This document shows, one piece after another, positions 1-12,035 of a stretch of DNA of 64,000 nt. Origin of the DNA: Octopus sinensis (lineage: Eukaryota); the NCBI RefSeq assembly GCF_006345805.1, contig NC_043002.1, positions 6,820,001-6,884,000 of the forward strand, given 5' to 3'. Under the pieces are notes generated by a model. The model did no database searches and was not told where the DNA came from. It saw nothing but the letters and a program-made list of their open reading frames with translations. Both the position numbers and the translations under genes were made by a program. Position 1 is the stretch's first letter, and each line of letters begins with the position of its first letter.

Positions 1-55
1 AAAGAAACAAACATGCAAAGCTGACAAGAAAAGATATAATTTAAATAAAATTCAT

Positions 56-455
56 GAGTGGCCGTGTGGTAAGTAGCTTACTAACCAACCACATGCTTCT
101 GGGTTCATTCACACTGCGTGGCACCTTGGGCAAGTGTCTTCTACTATAGCCTCGGGCCGACCAAAGCATTGTGAGTGGATTTGGTAGACGGAAACTGAAA
201 GAAGCCCGTCGTATATATGTATATATATGTGTGTGTGTGTGTGTCTGTGTTTGTCCTCCTAGCATTGCTTGACAACCGATGCTGGTGTGTTTACGTCCCC
301 GTCACTTAGCGGTTCGGCAAAAGACACCGATAGAATAAGTACTGGGCTTACAAAAGAATAAGTCCCGGGGTCGAGTTGCTCGATTAAAGGCGGTGCTCCA
401 GCATGGCCGCAGTCAACTGACTGAAACAAGTAAAAGAGTAAAAGAGTAAAGAGAG
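56..455 (+). mobile_element. SINE family A (tRNA-like head, CORE-like 'ccttgggcaag', internal microsatellite, (aaagagt)n tail)
   Basis: B-box-like gggttcattc, internal (TA)/(TG) tract, tail gtaaaagagtaaaagagtaaagag; homologous copies at 7943, 34370, 47533, 62440. Confidence 0.85.
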
Positions 456-974
456 TATCCACACAAAACCACGAGCAACAAAATGTAAAAAAATACAAAA
501 GAAAACAAATAAACTGAATGCAAAACATAAAATACAAACAAGTGAATTTTTTACTTAGACATACATGAAACATTCCGTTGGAATATATACCCGGAGTTAG
601 AGACATTGCGCTTTTTTATGTTGCTGAAAACTATCTTATTAATATTAATTCAGTCACTAATTAGACTAATTCATTTTTCCAAACATTTTTAAAATACAAG
701 AAGAACTGGAAACATCTACTAATATTAATGACTGGTAGGGACGCGGTATTTCTTTATGCAACCATAATATACTATAAAGTATAGTTAAACATTTTTGTAA
801 GTCAGTACTTTGTCCTATTGTGATAGGCAGAGCACTTTGCATCACTTGTTAAATTTATCTCTACAGAAATTATAGCTAGCACTGATTTCTGTTCCGAAGT
901 TTCGTATCTGAAACGTCAGACGTAAACAAACAATGAAATCAAAGAAAACGTTTAATATACTTTATATTGTCGTT

Positions 975-1136
975 ACGTTCTGAGTTCAAATTCCGCCGAG
1001 GTCGACTTTGCCTTTCATCCTCTCGGGGTCGATAAATTAAGTACCAGTTTCGCACTGGGTCGATGTAATCGACTTAAACCCTTTGTCTGTCCTTGTTTGT
1101 CCCCTCTATGTTTAGCCCCTTGTGGGCAATAAAGAA

Positions 1137-1138
<2 letters not shown>
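975..1138 (+). mobile_element. SINE family B, 5'-truncated
   Basis: gttctgagttcaaattccgccgaggtcgactttgcctttcatcc...gccccttgtgggcaataaagaaata. Confidence 0.9.
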
Positions 1139-1199
<61 letters not shown>

Positions 1200-1200
<1 letters not shown>

Positions 1201-1432
1201 AGGGCGGCGAGCTGTCAGACACGTTAGCACGCCGGGCGAAATGCTTAGCAGTATTTCGTCTGTCCGCTACGTTCTGAGTTCAAATTCCGTCGAGGTCGAC
1301 TATGCCTTTCATCCTCTCGGGGTCGATAAATACAGTACCAGTTTCGCACTGGGTTGATGTAATCCACTTAATCCGTTTGTCTGTCCTTGTTTGTCCCCTC
1401 TATGTTTAGCCCCTTGTGGGTAGTAAAGAAAT
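1200..1432 (+). mobile_element. SINE family B monomer (tRNA-derived head)
   Basis: ggcggcgagctgtcagac (A box) ... gagttcaaattcc (B box) ... gtagtaaagaaata. Confidence 0.9.
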
Positions 1433-1609
1433 ATATACTTTATATTATATTATGGTAACATAACGAAGTACTGCATCCCTGCAAGTCTTTAGTATTTACG
1501 TGCCAACTTCCAGGAATGTGTTTAATGTGTAAAGTTGGTGTATCCAATAATGATGTTACACTGCTGTATCTAGTGGCTATCCAAGCAATGTTTTCTTGGA
1601 TGATTAAGG

Positions 1610-1671
1610 GGTTAGATGGGTGCTGATGAAGGAAAAGAACACCCGAAGTAAGGTATATATGCTCATTAACC
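1610..1671 (+). ncRNA. Degenerate type I hammerhead-like motif
   Basis: ggttagatgggtg CTGATGA a GG..CC GAA gta-aggta-tat A tgctcattaacc; extended stem I with wobbles, A15.1G, weak stem II. Confidence 0.45.
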
Positions 1672-2726
1672 TTTTTTCATCTTCGATTTCATTGTTTGTT
1701 TACATCTGACGTTTCATTTCCGAAACGTCGTTACAATACCCATCACTGGTTATAATTTCTATAGAACTTCTGTAGAGATAACCTGAACAAGCGATGTGAA
1801 TCGCACTGCTAACACAGTAGAACATGGTATTGACTTATAAAAACGCTTAATATATTTTATAGTATATCATGGTTGCATAACGGTATACCGCGTCCCTTCT
1901 CGTCATTACCATTTCATTACAATTTCCATTCAGTTTAATATTTGTCTATGTGTCAATCTGAGTGTGCGTATGTATGTGTTTATTTCTCTGTGTGTGTATG
2001 TGTGTGTGCGTGTGTGTAAGTGTGCGTGTGTGTGAATGTGTGTGTTTGTCTGCCATCAGTGCCAAATTGTCCATCACCAAATTACCCTGTCATCCAATCC
2101 AGTTCTCGCTAACTACTCAATCTAGGCAGAATCTTTTACTTGATATGTTATTATTAATACCAATGATCGAGCAGTCCTCCATGTTTTTATCAACCTGTCT
2201 TATTGAAACAGAGTATCTGTGGCTACATTATCCAATGTACTACAGCCTATGTTTTAAAAAATATATAGTTCGGTGTTATTTGAGTTAAATTTCTTTGTTC
2301 TAATTTGGAGTGCCATTTATGTCAGAATCCATTTTACACTTCAAACATCCTGTAACATGGAGGAAAGAGAAAACCGGATATGTCATTAATATACATATTC
2401 TATGTATATTCTATACACTAGCTGAGTTGTATTCCATTTAGTTATAAGAAATGCATTTATTAAGCAAATTCCTTCGATATAGGGTGCCCACGCAGTATAG
2501 TTAATTACAAAATGGCTGCTAGAATGCTTGGTATAGTGAGACAAGTAATTTTAGTTGACTAAAGTTACATTCTTAAAGTTGGGAAAAAAAGCAAGTCAGT
2601 AATTACTTCAAGACTAATAAGGTTGATAACACGGAACTTAAAATTAATGAGATATAGAATACAATGGCGATTAGGTATAATAGTAGTATGCATGGGTTGG
2701 TGTTTGGAAAGTGTTTAATTTCTTAA

Positions 2727-3819
2727 TCTTATCTATAAATGGCAATTTGTTTGTCTGTTACCATCTTACTGCCTAAACCAGCGAACAATCTTCACGAAAG
2801 TTTGCATACATGTTCAACTAACATCCGGTTCAATTGGTTTTCAATAAAAATCGGTAATGAGACCCCTGGGAAGGATGCAAAGCGTTAGGTTGAGGGAAAT
2901 ATGGTGGCATTTGGGGCCCTTGTGGCTAATAAAGAAACAGGGAAATGCGTTGGCATAATGATGGTGGCTGGTATCAAGGAGGGTGAGGAGACAGCAAGAG
3001 ACAGAGAATGTGAGAGACAGAGAGAGACAAGGTCAGAGCAGGGAAGAGAGAGAATGTATTTACTGAATTTTTACTTATCAGTTAACGCATGCGTTTTAGT
3101 GAATTAACGATCGTATGCTCAGTCAAAACTTTTACCTCACCAACAACTAACAAACAAGTGAAACTAACAAGTAAAAGGTAAAGTATATTTTATATTTGTT
3201 TTCAAATCACCGTATTAAGATTTATAAAAACTTTACCAACGTACTGACACAATAAGACAATAGATAATGTCTCTCATTTTCTTCCATAGATGAATAACCC
3301 GTCGTTGTCAGGGAAGTTTTACAATTGAATGTTTTACATAAATTTCTGTTTATTCCATGTCAGACCATGCCATCCTCAACAGATAAGCCTCTGAACTTGC
3401 TTTTTCTCGTGGACAACTGTATGCAGGATGCTCAAGAGCCGGCAATCCAAATCATTTGTTTATTTATGTTCCAGAGGGCAAAACCAAAAATGTAGTATAT
3501 CAAGAGGCTCTTCAAAATTGATAATAATCAATCATCAATCAATTGTTTCATAGTCGCACATCGTCAATCCTCTCATCCTTCCAACCATCCACCAACTCAA
3601 CTTTGATATTACTTTACCAATACAATCAATCAATTTTATGATTCAACTGTATTACTTGCCAGTATTTGTAAATATATCCCACGTCACGTGTATTTGTAAA
3701 TTTATTTGTAATTTAAACGGGAACTGAACAGGGAACGGGATAGGACATGAAACATTGTAATGAGAACGGAAACTGGAAATAACACCCGCTTTCCGGGTAT
3801 TACCGAGTAATTCAGCTAG
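2727..3819 (+). mobile_element. Non-autonomous Helitron retaining the helicase C-terminus
   Basis: a|TC 5' end, hairpin acccg-ctttc-cgggt (3784-3798), CTAG|t 3' end. Confidence 0.8.
3402..3521 (+). pseudogene. Helitron Rep/Hel (PIF1-type helicase) C-terminal fragment
   Basis: FSRGQLYAGCSRAGNPNHLFIYVPEGKTKNVVYQEALQN* resembles the FSHGQLYVACSRV...KTKNVVY terminus. Confidence 0.85.
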
Positions 3820-3944
3820 TACTAATGTAGATTAGTTGATGTTGTCTTTGAGGTTACCATTGATTGAACATACGTATGACAAGAAACCAAGGTCATCCTA
3901 TTTTTTCTCAAACATAGTTTATATAAAACTATTTTATCTAAGAA

Positions 3945-4308
3945 CTAGTACTATGACTTGGCGTTGCCGGGTCATAGCCCTAGTGCATGCATATGCAGCT
4001 GCGTGCGTGCGCACATACATGCGAGTACTGGTCAAATCTCCGACCGATCACATACAGCTAGCTGGCATTCAATTGGCGTATCAAGTTTCGGGCATTTTAA
4101 TTGGGTTTTGGATAGAAAATTCACAAAAATGTCACTTCTATTGATTTTTTAATGGCTTTGCGGCGTGACTGGGGAAATGTAAAGATGTGCACGACCACCC
4201 TTGGACGGTTTTGAATGACCATAGAAAGTGCGATCCCTCTAACTGAAAAATTGTGGATTTGTATAAAGGACACACGCACAGACATTTTGCCGTTTATATA
4301 TATAAAGA
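3945..4308 (-). mobile_element. Non-autonomous Helitron
   Basis: On minus strand: a|tctttatatatataaacggc 5' end, gacccggcaacgccaagtc imperfect hairpin, CTAG|t 3' end. Confidence 0.75.
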
Positions 4309-5789
4309 TTTCTTTTTATATATTCTGGTTGGTATGATTTACGGAAGATGAGGATCATTCATTACGTATGCTGCCTATGTGATTTAATTATTCATTCTTT
4401 CCCAGCATCACTATCAAAATAAGCACTAAAGACCATTACTTGAACTCTGTCTAGTTACTTTTAATGAAGATAATCACTAAGATGCGTCGGTTAGTGATAG
4501 CCTTCTATTCATCTCATAGTATATCGACTTACATTTCTTCATCTCATGGTATATCGACTTACATTTCTTACAAAAAGTCGAGTTAAACTCGACCAGTAAG
4601 AAATAGTAACGAATTTCCTCTCACGCAAACACTCCAGCACGCTAATCCAGGAAAGTGATATTGGATTAAAGTAGTCTTGGGTTCATTGTCTGCAATTATG
4701 GTGGAATCGTCATGGTTTGAACGTCACTGACCAAAGTCGTGCTTGATGGCAACTCACTAACGGTAAACAACAATTGCCATGCCAACAGAAAAATAGACAA
4801 CAACTTTATCATCATCAACAACTTTTTCTTCATTTTTATTCAAGAAATTATCTGTACTGCCGACACAGTCCATGATTAGTCGATAAATTCCACTAAATAC
4901 CCCCACCTCGTAAATATATGTTCCTTTCTCCTGATTCTGTCTCCAGGCAGCATCAGGACAATCAGGAGATTCTCACCTCTCTCCTACGATATATTTTACT
5001 TTTGCAAGGCTATCTGTGCCAACCGAAGAAACTTCTACGCTCTATATGGTTACAAGAATAAACAATATTAAGATCATCATCTTCACAAGTCAATTCACCA
5101 ACAAAATTTAGGACTATATTTAGTTACAAGCTTGAACGATATTCAGATTAACTTTATAAAGAAGCTTAACTATACAAGTCAGACTTATAAAAGTATCATT
5201 TGACAAAACGAGATCCCAACACGTGAGAGAGCTTTCTCTGTGTTTCTCGTATCTGTGGAGATGTTTCTCATCGTCGTCGTCTCTGGGGTCTGTGTGGCAT
5301 GAAAATAAATAGTCCATATGTACAATTTACATCATTATTAACGTCACCAGCATCAACATCACTGCTAACAAGAATAGCAGTATCTCTACTAACACCACAT
5401 CTATTTCAACGTCGTTTTTGTTCCCCCATCTCTTCCCCGTCTTTTCCAGAGGTTGTCTCTTCATCAACGTCATTATCATCTCTGTTCGTTGTGCAACAGA
5501 TCGTGAATGCATTGAAAAATACCTCCCTGACGTCAAGCTGCCTCAATGAGTGTTCAAAGTCTTTCATATCACCATCGTTGCATTGTCGCGACGGCAATAG
5601 TGTTTCCATCAACATATGTATTCACTGATGCAGAGCCTTCACTGCACAGCCAGGAGCGCCGTGACTTAGATTCAGAAAGAGAAACGCTAAACACGACAGT
5701 CGGAATCATGAGAGAGAAATATATGTATTAAAAATGAATTATTAAAACAATTAAATAAATATCAATAATATGCCTAACCCAAGCCAAAA

Positions 5790-5897
5790 TTGCTATACAT
5801 AAATACATACACACACATGCATATATACATACGTTCATTGATACATATATATGTTTGTGTGCATACATATAAATATATATATATGTATATGTATGTA

Positions 5898-5994
<97 letters not shown>

Positions 5995-6270
5995 TGTATG
6001 TATACACATACGTGTATATATAAATATACATATATATACATATGTATATATGTATATATATATGCATGTGTGTATGTGTATATATATATATATATACACA
6101 CACATAAATACATAAATGTGCGTGTGTGTGAGTGTGTGAGTTCATGTGTGTGTGTATGCGACTGTGTGTCTAGGTATATAGGTTTTTAGGCGGGTAGGTA
6201 CTTATGGTGTATATTCATGTAGGTAGGTCGGTATACGCACGTAGATATATATATATATATATATATGGAA
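5790..6270. repeat. Compound (TA)n/(TG)n microsatellite field, representative of many in the window
   Basis: Long dinucleotide runs; similar fields at 6460-6720, 7050-7260, 20360-21400, 43000-43890, 48880-49170, 59440-59880. Confidence 0.97.
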
Positions 6271-6489
6271 ATAGAAGCATGAAAAATACATCTTTTCGTG
6301 AGAGTGTTTGTGTGTGTGTGTGTTGAAATGATCGGGAAATAAATTAATATAGTGGACGAAACGAATCCGACGGTAAAGTTATTACAGAAATGCTAACCCA
6401 ACTACAATGAATGAATAAAGAAGGAAGCAAATTATTCCCAAAATTGCAATGTATGTATGTATGTATGTACATACATATATATATATATG

Positions 6490-6551
<62 letters not shown>

Positions 6552-7071
6552 CATGTATGCGTAGGTATAATTATATATAGCTATATACATAAGTACATAT
6601 ATTCATACATATTCACACATTCACACTCTCTCTCAAACACACACACACACATGCACACACGCACACTAATGCACACACGCACACATACACACAAACACGC
6701 ACACACATATATAAAGCCATATACACACATCCGACATACACAGACGAAAACGCGTATACATGCTGCGTATATACACGCAACACATACGCACGTATTTAGG
6801 CTAGGCCGCTTGTGTTTTATAGTGGTTCTGTATATTTTGTACACATATTTTTCTCCTTTTTTTTTCTTTCCCGGACTTAATCGTTGCCTGTGATTGTCTA
6901 CTCTAGTGTAAAGTTATAATGACGGTATAATATACAGACCCTACAGCAGGGGTCCTCCACTTCGTTTAGCATGACTATAAAACAACCAACTATTCCTGGA
7001 GTTTTATACTGCAATACAATAAAATATATACCGCAGAAAAAAAAAAACACTTCATATATATATACATACAT

Positions 7072-7117
<46 letters not shown>

Positions 7118-7118
7118 A

Positions 7119-7160
<42 letters not shown>

Positions 7161-7560
7161 AACATACATATATATATATATATGTATATGCGTATATATA
7201 TATATATTCATGTGTGTATGTATTTATGGATGTGTGTATATATGCATATGTGTGTGTGTGTGTAGTATGTTATGTGTCTACCATACAAGAATCCATTGAT
7301 CAAAATGTAGACTTGTCTCGTATATTGTAATGGCTGAGTGATTAAAGTGTGTAAACAGAAATGATCGTATATTTAGTTCTTTGGTTCAAACCGTGCTACA
7401 GGTATTTCGTTGATTTTGTTCTGCAGGCAGATTGCTTTCTGTTTGTCTGGAAAGAAAACTACGGCATTTTAGCGCAATATATATATGTATCTGTGTGCAT
7501 ACATACAATACTATACTATACTATACTATATATATATATATATATATATGTATATCGTAA

Positions 7561-7742
7561 GCCACTACACACATGTTTTTTCTCTCCTTTTTCTCTCCTT
7601 GTTTTTTCTGTGTCCCTTTCGGTAGAAGAGCGTAGGCTCGAAACGTAAAAGACTTCTTCTATTCCTGAGCGTTATACTAATACATCTGTTTGTATTGTAC
7701 ACCACCTGTCTTCGTCTTTTGCTTTTTTCGTAAACTCTCCCT
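7561..7742 (+). mobile_element. Family E short element in (TA)n carrying a hammerhead-like motif (putative Penelope pLTR derivative)
   Basis: Homologous to 41575-41780 (-) and 55318-55515; motif cttt CGGTAGA a GAGC gtag GCTC GAA ACGT A aaag at 7616-7651. Confidence 0.7.
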
Positions 7743-7750
7743 ATATATAT

Positions 7751-7784
<34 letters not shown>

Positions 7785-7801
7785 ATATATACATACATAA
7801 T

Positions 7802-7832
<31 letters not shown>

Positions 7833-7942
7833 CGCATACATATATATATATACACACAAACACACACGAATGCATATATGCATGTATTATTTAGTATGTT
7901 TATGTTAGTGTGCGTGTTTGTTTAAATATTATATATTCTGTC

Positions 7943-8333
7943 CTTTACTTATTTCAGTCATTTGACTGTAGCCATGCTGGAGCAAATTAGCCCCAGGACT
8001 TATTCTTTGTAAGCCTACTACTTATTCTATCGGTCTCTTAGGCCGAACCGCTAGCTTACGGGGACATAAACACTCCAGTATCGGTTGTCAAGCGATGTTG
8101 GTGGACAAACACAGACACACAAACAAATACACACACGTACATATATATATATATATATACATATATATACGACGAGCTTCTTTCAGTTTCCGTCTACCAA
8201 ATCTACTCATAAGGCTTTAGTCTGCTCGAGGCTATAGTGGAAATCACTTGGCTATGTTGCCACACAGTGGGACTGAACCCGGAACCATGTGGTTGGTAAG
8301 CAAGTTACTTACCACACAGCCGCTCCTACGCCT
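7943..8333 (-). mobile_element. SINE family A
   Basis: Reverse complement of 56-455 with internal microsatellite. Confidence 0.85.
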
Positions 8334-8373
8334 ATATATATATATAAGAGTTAAGAAATGGAGTAGATAAAAT

Positions 8374-8464
8374 CCGGGCTACATATATTTCATAGAGAGC
8401 GGAACCTCGGAAGTTATAAATATCCAAGCGAGGTGTAAACCGCAGGCTACTCATCGGACTACGG
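8374..8464 (-). ncRNA. Hammerhead-like motif with extended stem II (U4C)
   Basis: CCGATGA GTAG..GCGG..CCTCG loop CGAGG..CCGC..CTAT GAA AT-ATAT-GT A; stem I weak. Confidence 0.5.
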
Positions 8465-8784
8465 CAATCCTGATTAAATGGTATTTATATTGTGCTCAGG
8501 AGGCTCATATTGTCATCTTTGATTAGGCCATTTTGGTCGATAAACACACGCTCTACTTATCGGATCTTCATTTTAGCTTTATTATTATTAGTAGCAGTTT
8601 ATTTGTCAGAGTACCTCCGTCGTCTTCAATACCTTTCTGTTAATTTTATCTCCTCTTCACTCTCGTCTCGTCCTCTCTATTCCATTTTTATTTCTCTGCT
8701 ATGTATCTCTATCTGCGCATGCGTTTACGTCTGTGCCTCTGTGTCTGTCCTTGTGCTTGGTATGTGTATATGTGTCTTGTGTAA

Positions 8785-9380
8785 AGGCGGCGAGCTGGCA
8801 GAAACGTTTGCACGCCAGGCGAAATGCCAGGCAGTATTTCGTCTGCCGCTACGTTCTGAGTTCAAATTCCGCCGAGGTCGACTTTGCCTTTCATCCTTTC
8901 GGGGTCGATTAAATAAGTACCAGTTACGCACTGGGGTAGATATAATCGACTTAATCCGTTTTTTGTTCTTATTTGTCCTCTCTGTTTTTAGCCCCTTGTG
9001 GGTAATAAAGAAATAGGTATTTCGTCTCTCGTTACGTTCTGAGTTCAAATTCCGCCGAGGTTGATTTTGCCTTTCATCCTTTCGGGGTCGATTAAATAAG
9101 TACCAGTTATGCACTGGGGTCGATATAATCGACTTAATCCGTTTGTCTGTCCTTGTTTGTCCTCTCTGTGTTTAGCCCTTTGTAGGTAGTAAAGAAATAG
9201 GTATTTCGTCTGTCGTTACATTCTGAGTTCAAATTCTGCCGAGGTCGACTTTACCTTTCATCCTTTCGGGATCGATAAATAAAGTACCAGTTATGCACTT
9301 GGGTCGATATAATCGACTTAATCCATTTGTCTGTTTTGATTGTCCCCTCTATGTTTAGCCCCTTGTGGGTAGTAAAGAAA
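8785..9380 (+). mobile_element. SINE family B trimer (head + 3 units of ~185 bp)
   Basis: Junctions aaagaaata|ggtatttcgtc at ~9014 and ~9199. Confidence 0.9.
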
Positions 9381-9404
9381 TATATATGTGTTTTGTGTGT
9401 GTGT

Positions 9405-9614
9405 GGTACTTACTAGGGTAATCTGCAGTTAACCTAATACTTTTGTGGATGGAGTTAGCTATTTGCCGGATACTCTCCACGGTGTTAGCTTCTAGTTCAT
9501 AGATATTGTCTTGTTGAGATGTTTTTGCTACTTTGTTGATGTTATCCATATAGCAAGAGTACATGTGTAGGGATACAGAGTTCTCTGTTAGGCGTTCTTT
9601 GAGTTTTCTATACC
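9405..9614 (-). pseudogene. Penelope-like RT fragment (downstream part)
   Basis: YRKLKERLTENSVSLHMYSCYMDNIN...IANSIHKSIRLTADYPSKY; decayed YVDD motif; continues the 10048-10530 fragment across a TSD. Confidence 0.75.
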
Positions 9615-10030
9615 TATTTCTTTACTACCCACAAGGGGCTAAACACAGAGAGGACAAGCAAGGACAGGCAAACGGATTAATTCGATTACATCGACTCCAG
9701 TGCGTAACTGGTACTTAATTTATCGACCCCGAAAGGATGAAAGCAAAGTCGACCTCGGTGGAATTTGAACTCAGAACGTAACAGCAGAAGAAATACCTAT
9801 TTCTTTACTACCTACAAGGGGCTAAACACAGAAAGGACAAACAAGGACAGACATAGGTATTAAGTCGATTACATCGACACCAGTGCGTAACTAGTACTTA
9901 ATTTATCGACCCTGAACGGATGAAAGGCAAAGTCGACCTCGGCGGAATTTGAACTCACAACGTAGCGGCAGAAGAAATACTGCTATGCATTTTGCCCGGC
10001 GTGCGAACGTTTCTGCCAGCTCGCCGCCTT
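9615..10030 (-). mobile_element. SINE family B dimer with 17-bp TSD
   Basis: TSD tttgagttt(t/c)ctatacc at 9598-9614 and 10031-10047. Confidence 0.9.
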
Positions 10031-10047
10031 TTTGAGTTTCCTATACC

Positions 10048-10530
10048 ACCATATCATAAAGAATTTAGTTACGTCGTCAGCAATACTGAAAACGATGGCC
10101 GCATCCTCTTGTTGAATGTATATTTTATCATTGGATTTAAAAATGTGAATCACCTACCGCATGTGTTACCATTTTTTTCACATGATGACGGTTTTCGGAG
10201 TTCCATATGGCTCTGGTCCACTCGTCCCATATTTCTATAGGTATTTTCTAGGCCATTGAGGTGATAGTAGGTCTACCTCTTGCTGGTCTACTGGGACAGA
10301 AACAACTAAAATTGTGATTGTCTAGGTACACTTAGACTTCTAAGGAGGAGGAACAGTTGCTCTATGTCAACACAACGAAACTCCTCTTCACTCCCGCTGA
10401 TCACCTCCATGCATTTCTCTACAGAAAAATCAACATCAATGGATGGATATAGCGACACCACATCCATACTGTCTAGTACACATCCTGTTATGTTCGAGGT
10501 GTGGTCTGTGCTGTCATACACATCCTGGGA
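10048..10530 (-). pseudogene. Penelope-like RT fragment (upstream part)
   Basis: LDSMDVVSLYPSID (PLE-type DVxSLY motif), RPTIT, YIQQEDAAIVFSIADDVTKFFMIWWYRKL; stops and frameshifts. Confidence 0.75.
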
Positions 10531-10674
10531 CATTTTGATTATGGGTGTATGTGTGTGTTAGGCGGGAATTTGTCGGTTTCAACGATGATGGTTTAGTCAT
10601 TTGATCAACTGAATTATCTGCTCTTTGAATTAGGCCATAAGAGGCTGAATATTCCAAAGATATGAATATTTTGA

Positions 10675-11243
10675 GGCGGCGAGATGGCAGAAACGTTAGC
10701 ACGCCGGACGAAATGCTTAGCGGTAATTCGTCTGCCGCTGCGTTCTAAGTTCAAATTCCGCCGAGGTCGACTTTGCCTTTCCTTCTTTCGGGGTCGATTA
10801 AATAAGTACCAGTTATATAATCGACTTAATCAGTTTGTCTGACCTTGTTTGTCCCCTCTGTGTTTAGCCCCTTGTGGTTATTAAAGAAATAGATATTTCG
10901 TCTGCAGTTACGTTCTGAGTTCAAATTCCGCCAAGGTCGACTTTGCCTTACATCCTTTCGTGGTCGATAAATAAAGTGCCAGTTTCGCAATGGGGTCGAT
11001 AAAAAGACTTAATCCGTTTGTCCCCTCTGCATTTAGCCCCTTGTGGTTATTAAAGAAATAGGTATTTCGTCTGATGCTACGTTCTGAGTTCAAATTCCGC
11101 CGAGGTCGACTTTGCCTTTCATTCTTTCGGGGTCGATTAAATAAGTACCAGTTACGCACTGGGGTCGATATAATCAACTTAATCTGTTTGTCTGTCCTTG
11201 TGTGTCCCCTCTGTGTTTAGCCCCTTGTGGGCAGTAAAGAAAT
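10675..11243 (+). mobile_element. SINE family B trimer with 18-bp TSD
   Basis: TSD aagatatgaatattttga at 10657-10674 and 11244-11261. Confidence 0.92.
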
Positions 11244-11499
11244 AAGATATGAATATTTTGAACGGAATTCTCAGGCAGAATCAGCGTTACACATTATGGA
11301 AGAATATTGTATTGTAATACTGTCCATCTGTTGAGCTTCTGTGCAGTTTTCGTCTTTCTTATTTCATGTATCTGGCAAAAACTGATCGGTGGCTAACGTG
11401 CCACCCAATCGGATCGAACGTGAGGCCAAACTCACGTACACACACACTCACATACACATACATTCACACACACACACAGAGAAAGACACACACATAAAC

Positions 11500-11547
<48 letters not shown>

Positions 11548-11757
11548 GTGTGCACGCATGTGTGCATATGCGTGTGTCTGTGTATGGCGCTTACGCTTTG
11601 TCTAGAGTGACTAAAATTGCACTTAAGGATGTTTCGTGAGAATGTCTAGAGATGAAGGTTTTATTCTAAATTATTGACAGTATTTTTAACGAAAGGCATA
11701 TGTGTGCTGAAATTTGATTTACTCTGCATCTCTACTTTAGCTATGGAGATTTGTAAT

Positions 11758-11795
<38 letters not shown>

Positions 11796-12035
11796 ACACA
11801 CACACACACACATATAAAACTTTTCGATGGACATAGTAAAACTTTTCGGTAGACATATGCTTGCATTATTAAAGGGAGATCTACAACTATCTTCTAAACT
11901 ACGGTATCTATAACTGCATAAATAGAACTGTTAGAGGTCTATTTACATGCATAAACATTTCGATAAAATGTAGATGATATACGGAGATGTACTTTGCATA
12001 GCAAGTAATTTGATCTGAGATCGTGTGCTGAAGCG

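Larger units (their letters stand above)
754..1880. repeat. Diverged inverted repeat (arms ~754-945 and ~1683-1880) enclosing two SINE-B copies and a hammerhead-like motif
   Basis: ttatgcaaccataatatactataaa...gaaacgtcagacgtaaacaaacaatgaaatc matches the reverse complement of 1683-1880. Confidence 0.75.

Noticed and set aside
6895-6985. Hammerhead-like trace (ctaaacga...gtc attataa, minus strand)
   Set aside because: The core is broken and GAAA is absent.
8785-11243. CRISPR-like or satellite reading of the ~185-bp repeats
   Set aside because: The units are SINE bodies with Pol III boxes and TSDs, and there are no unique spacers.
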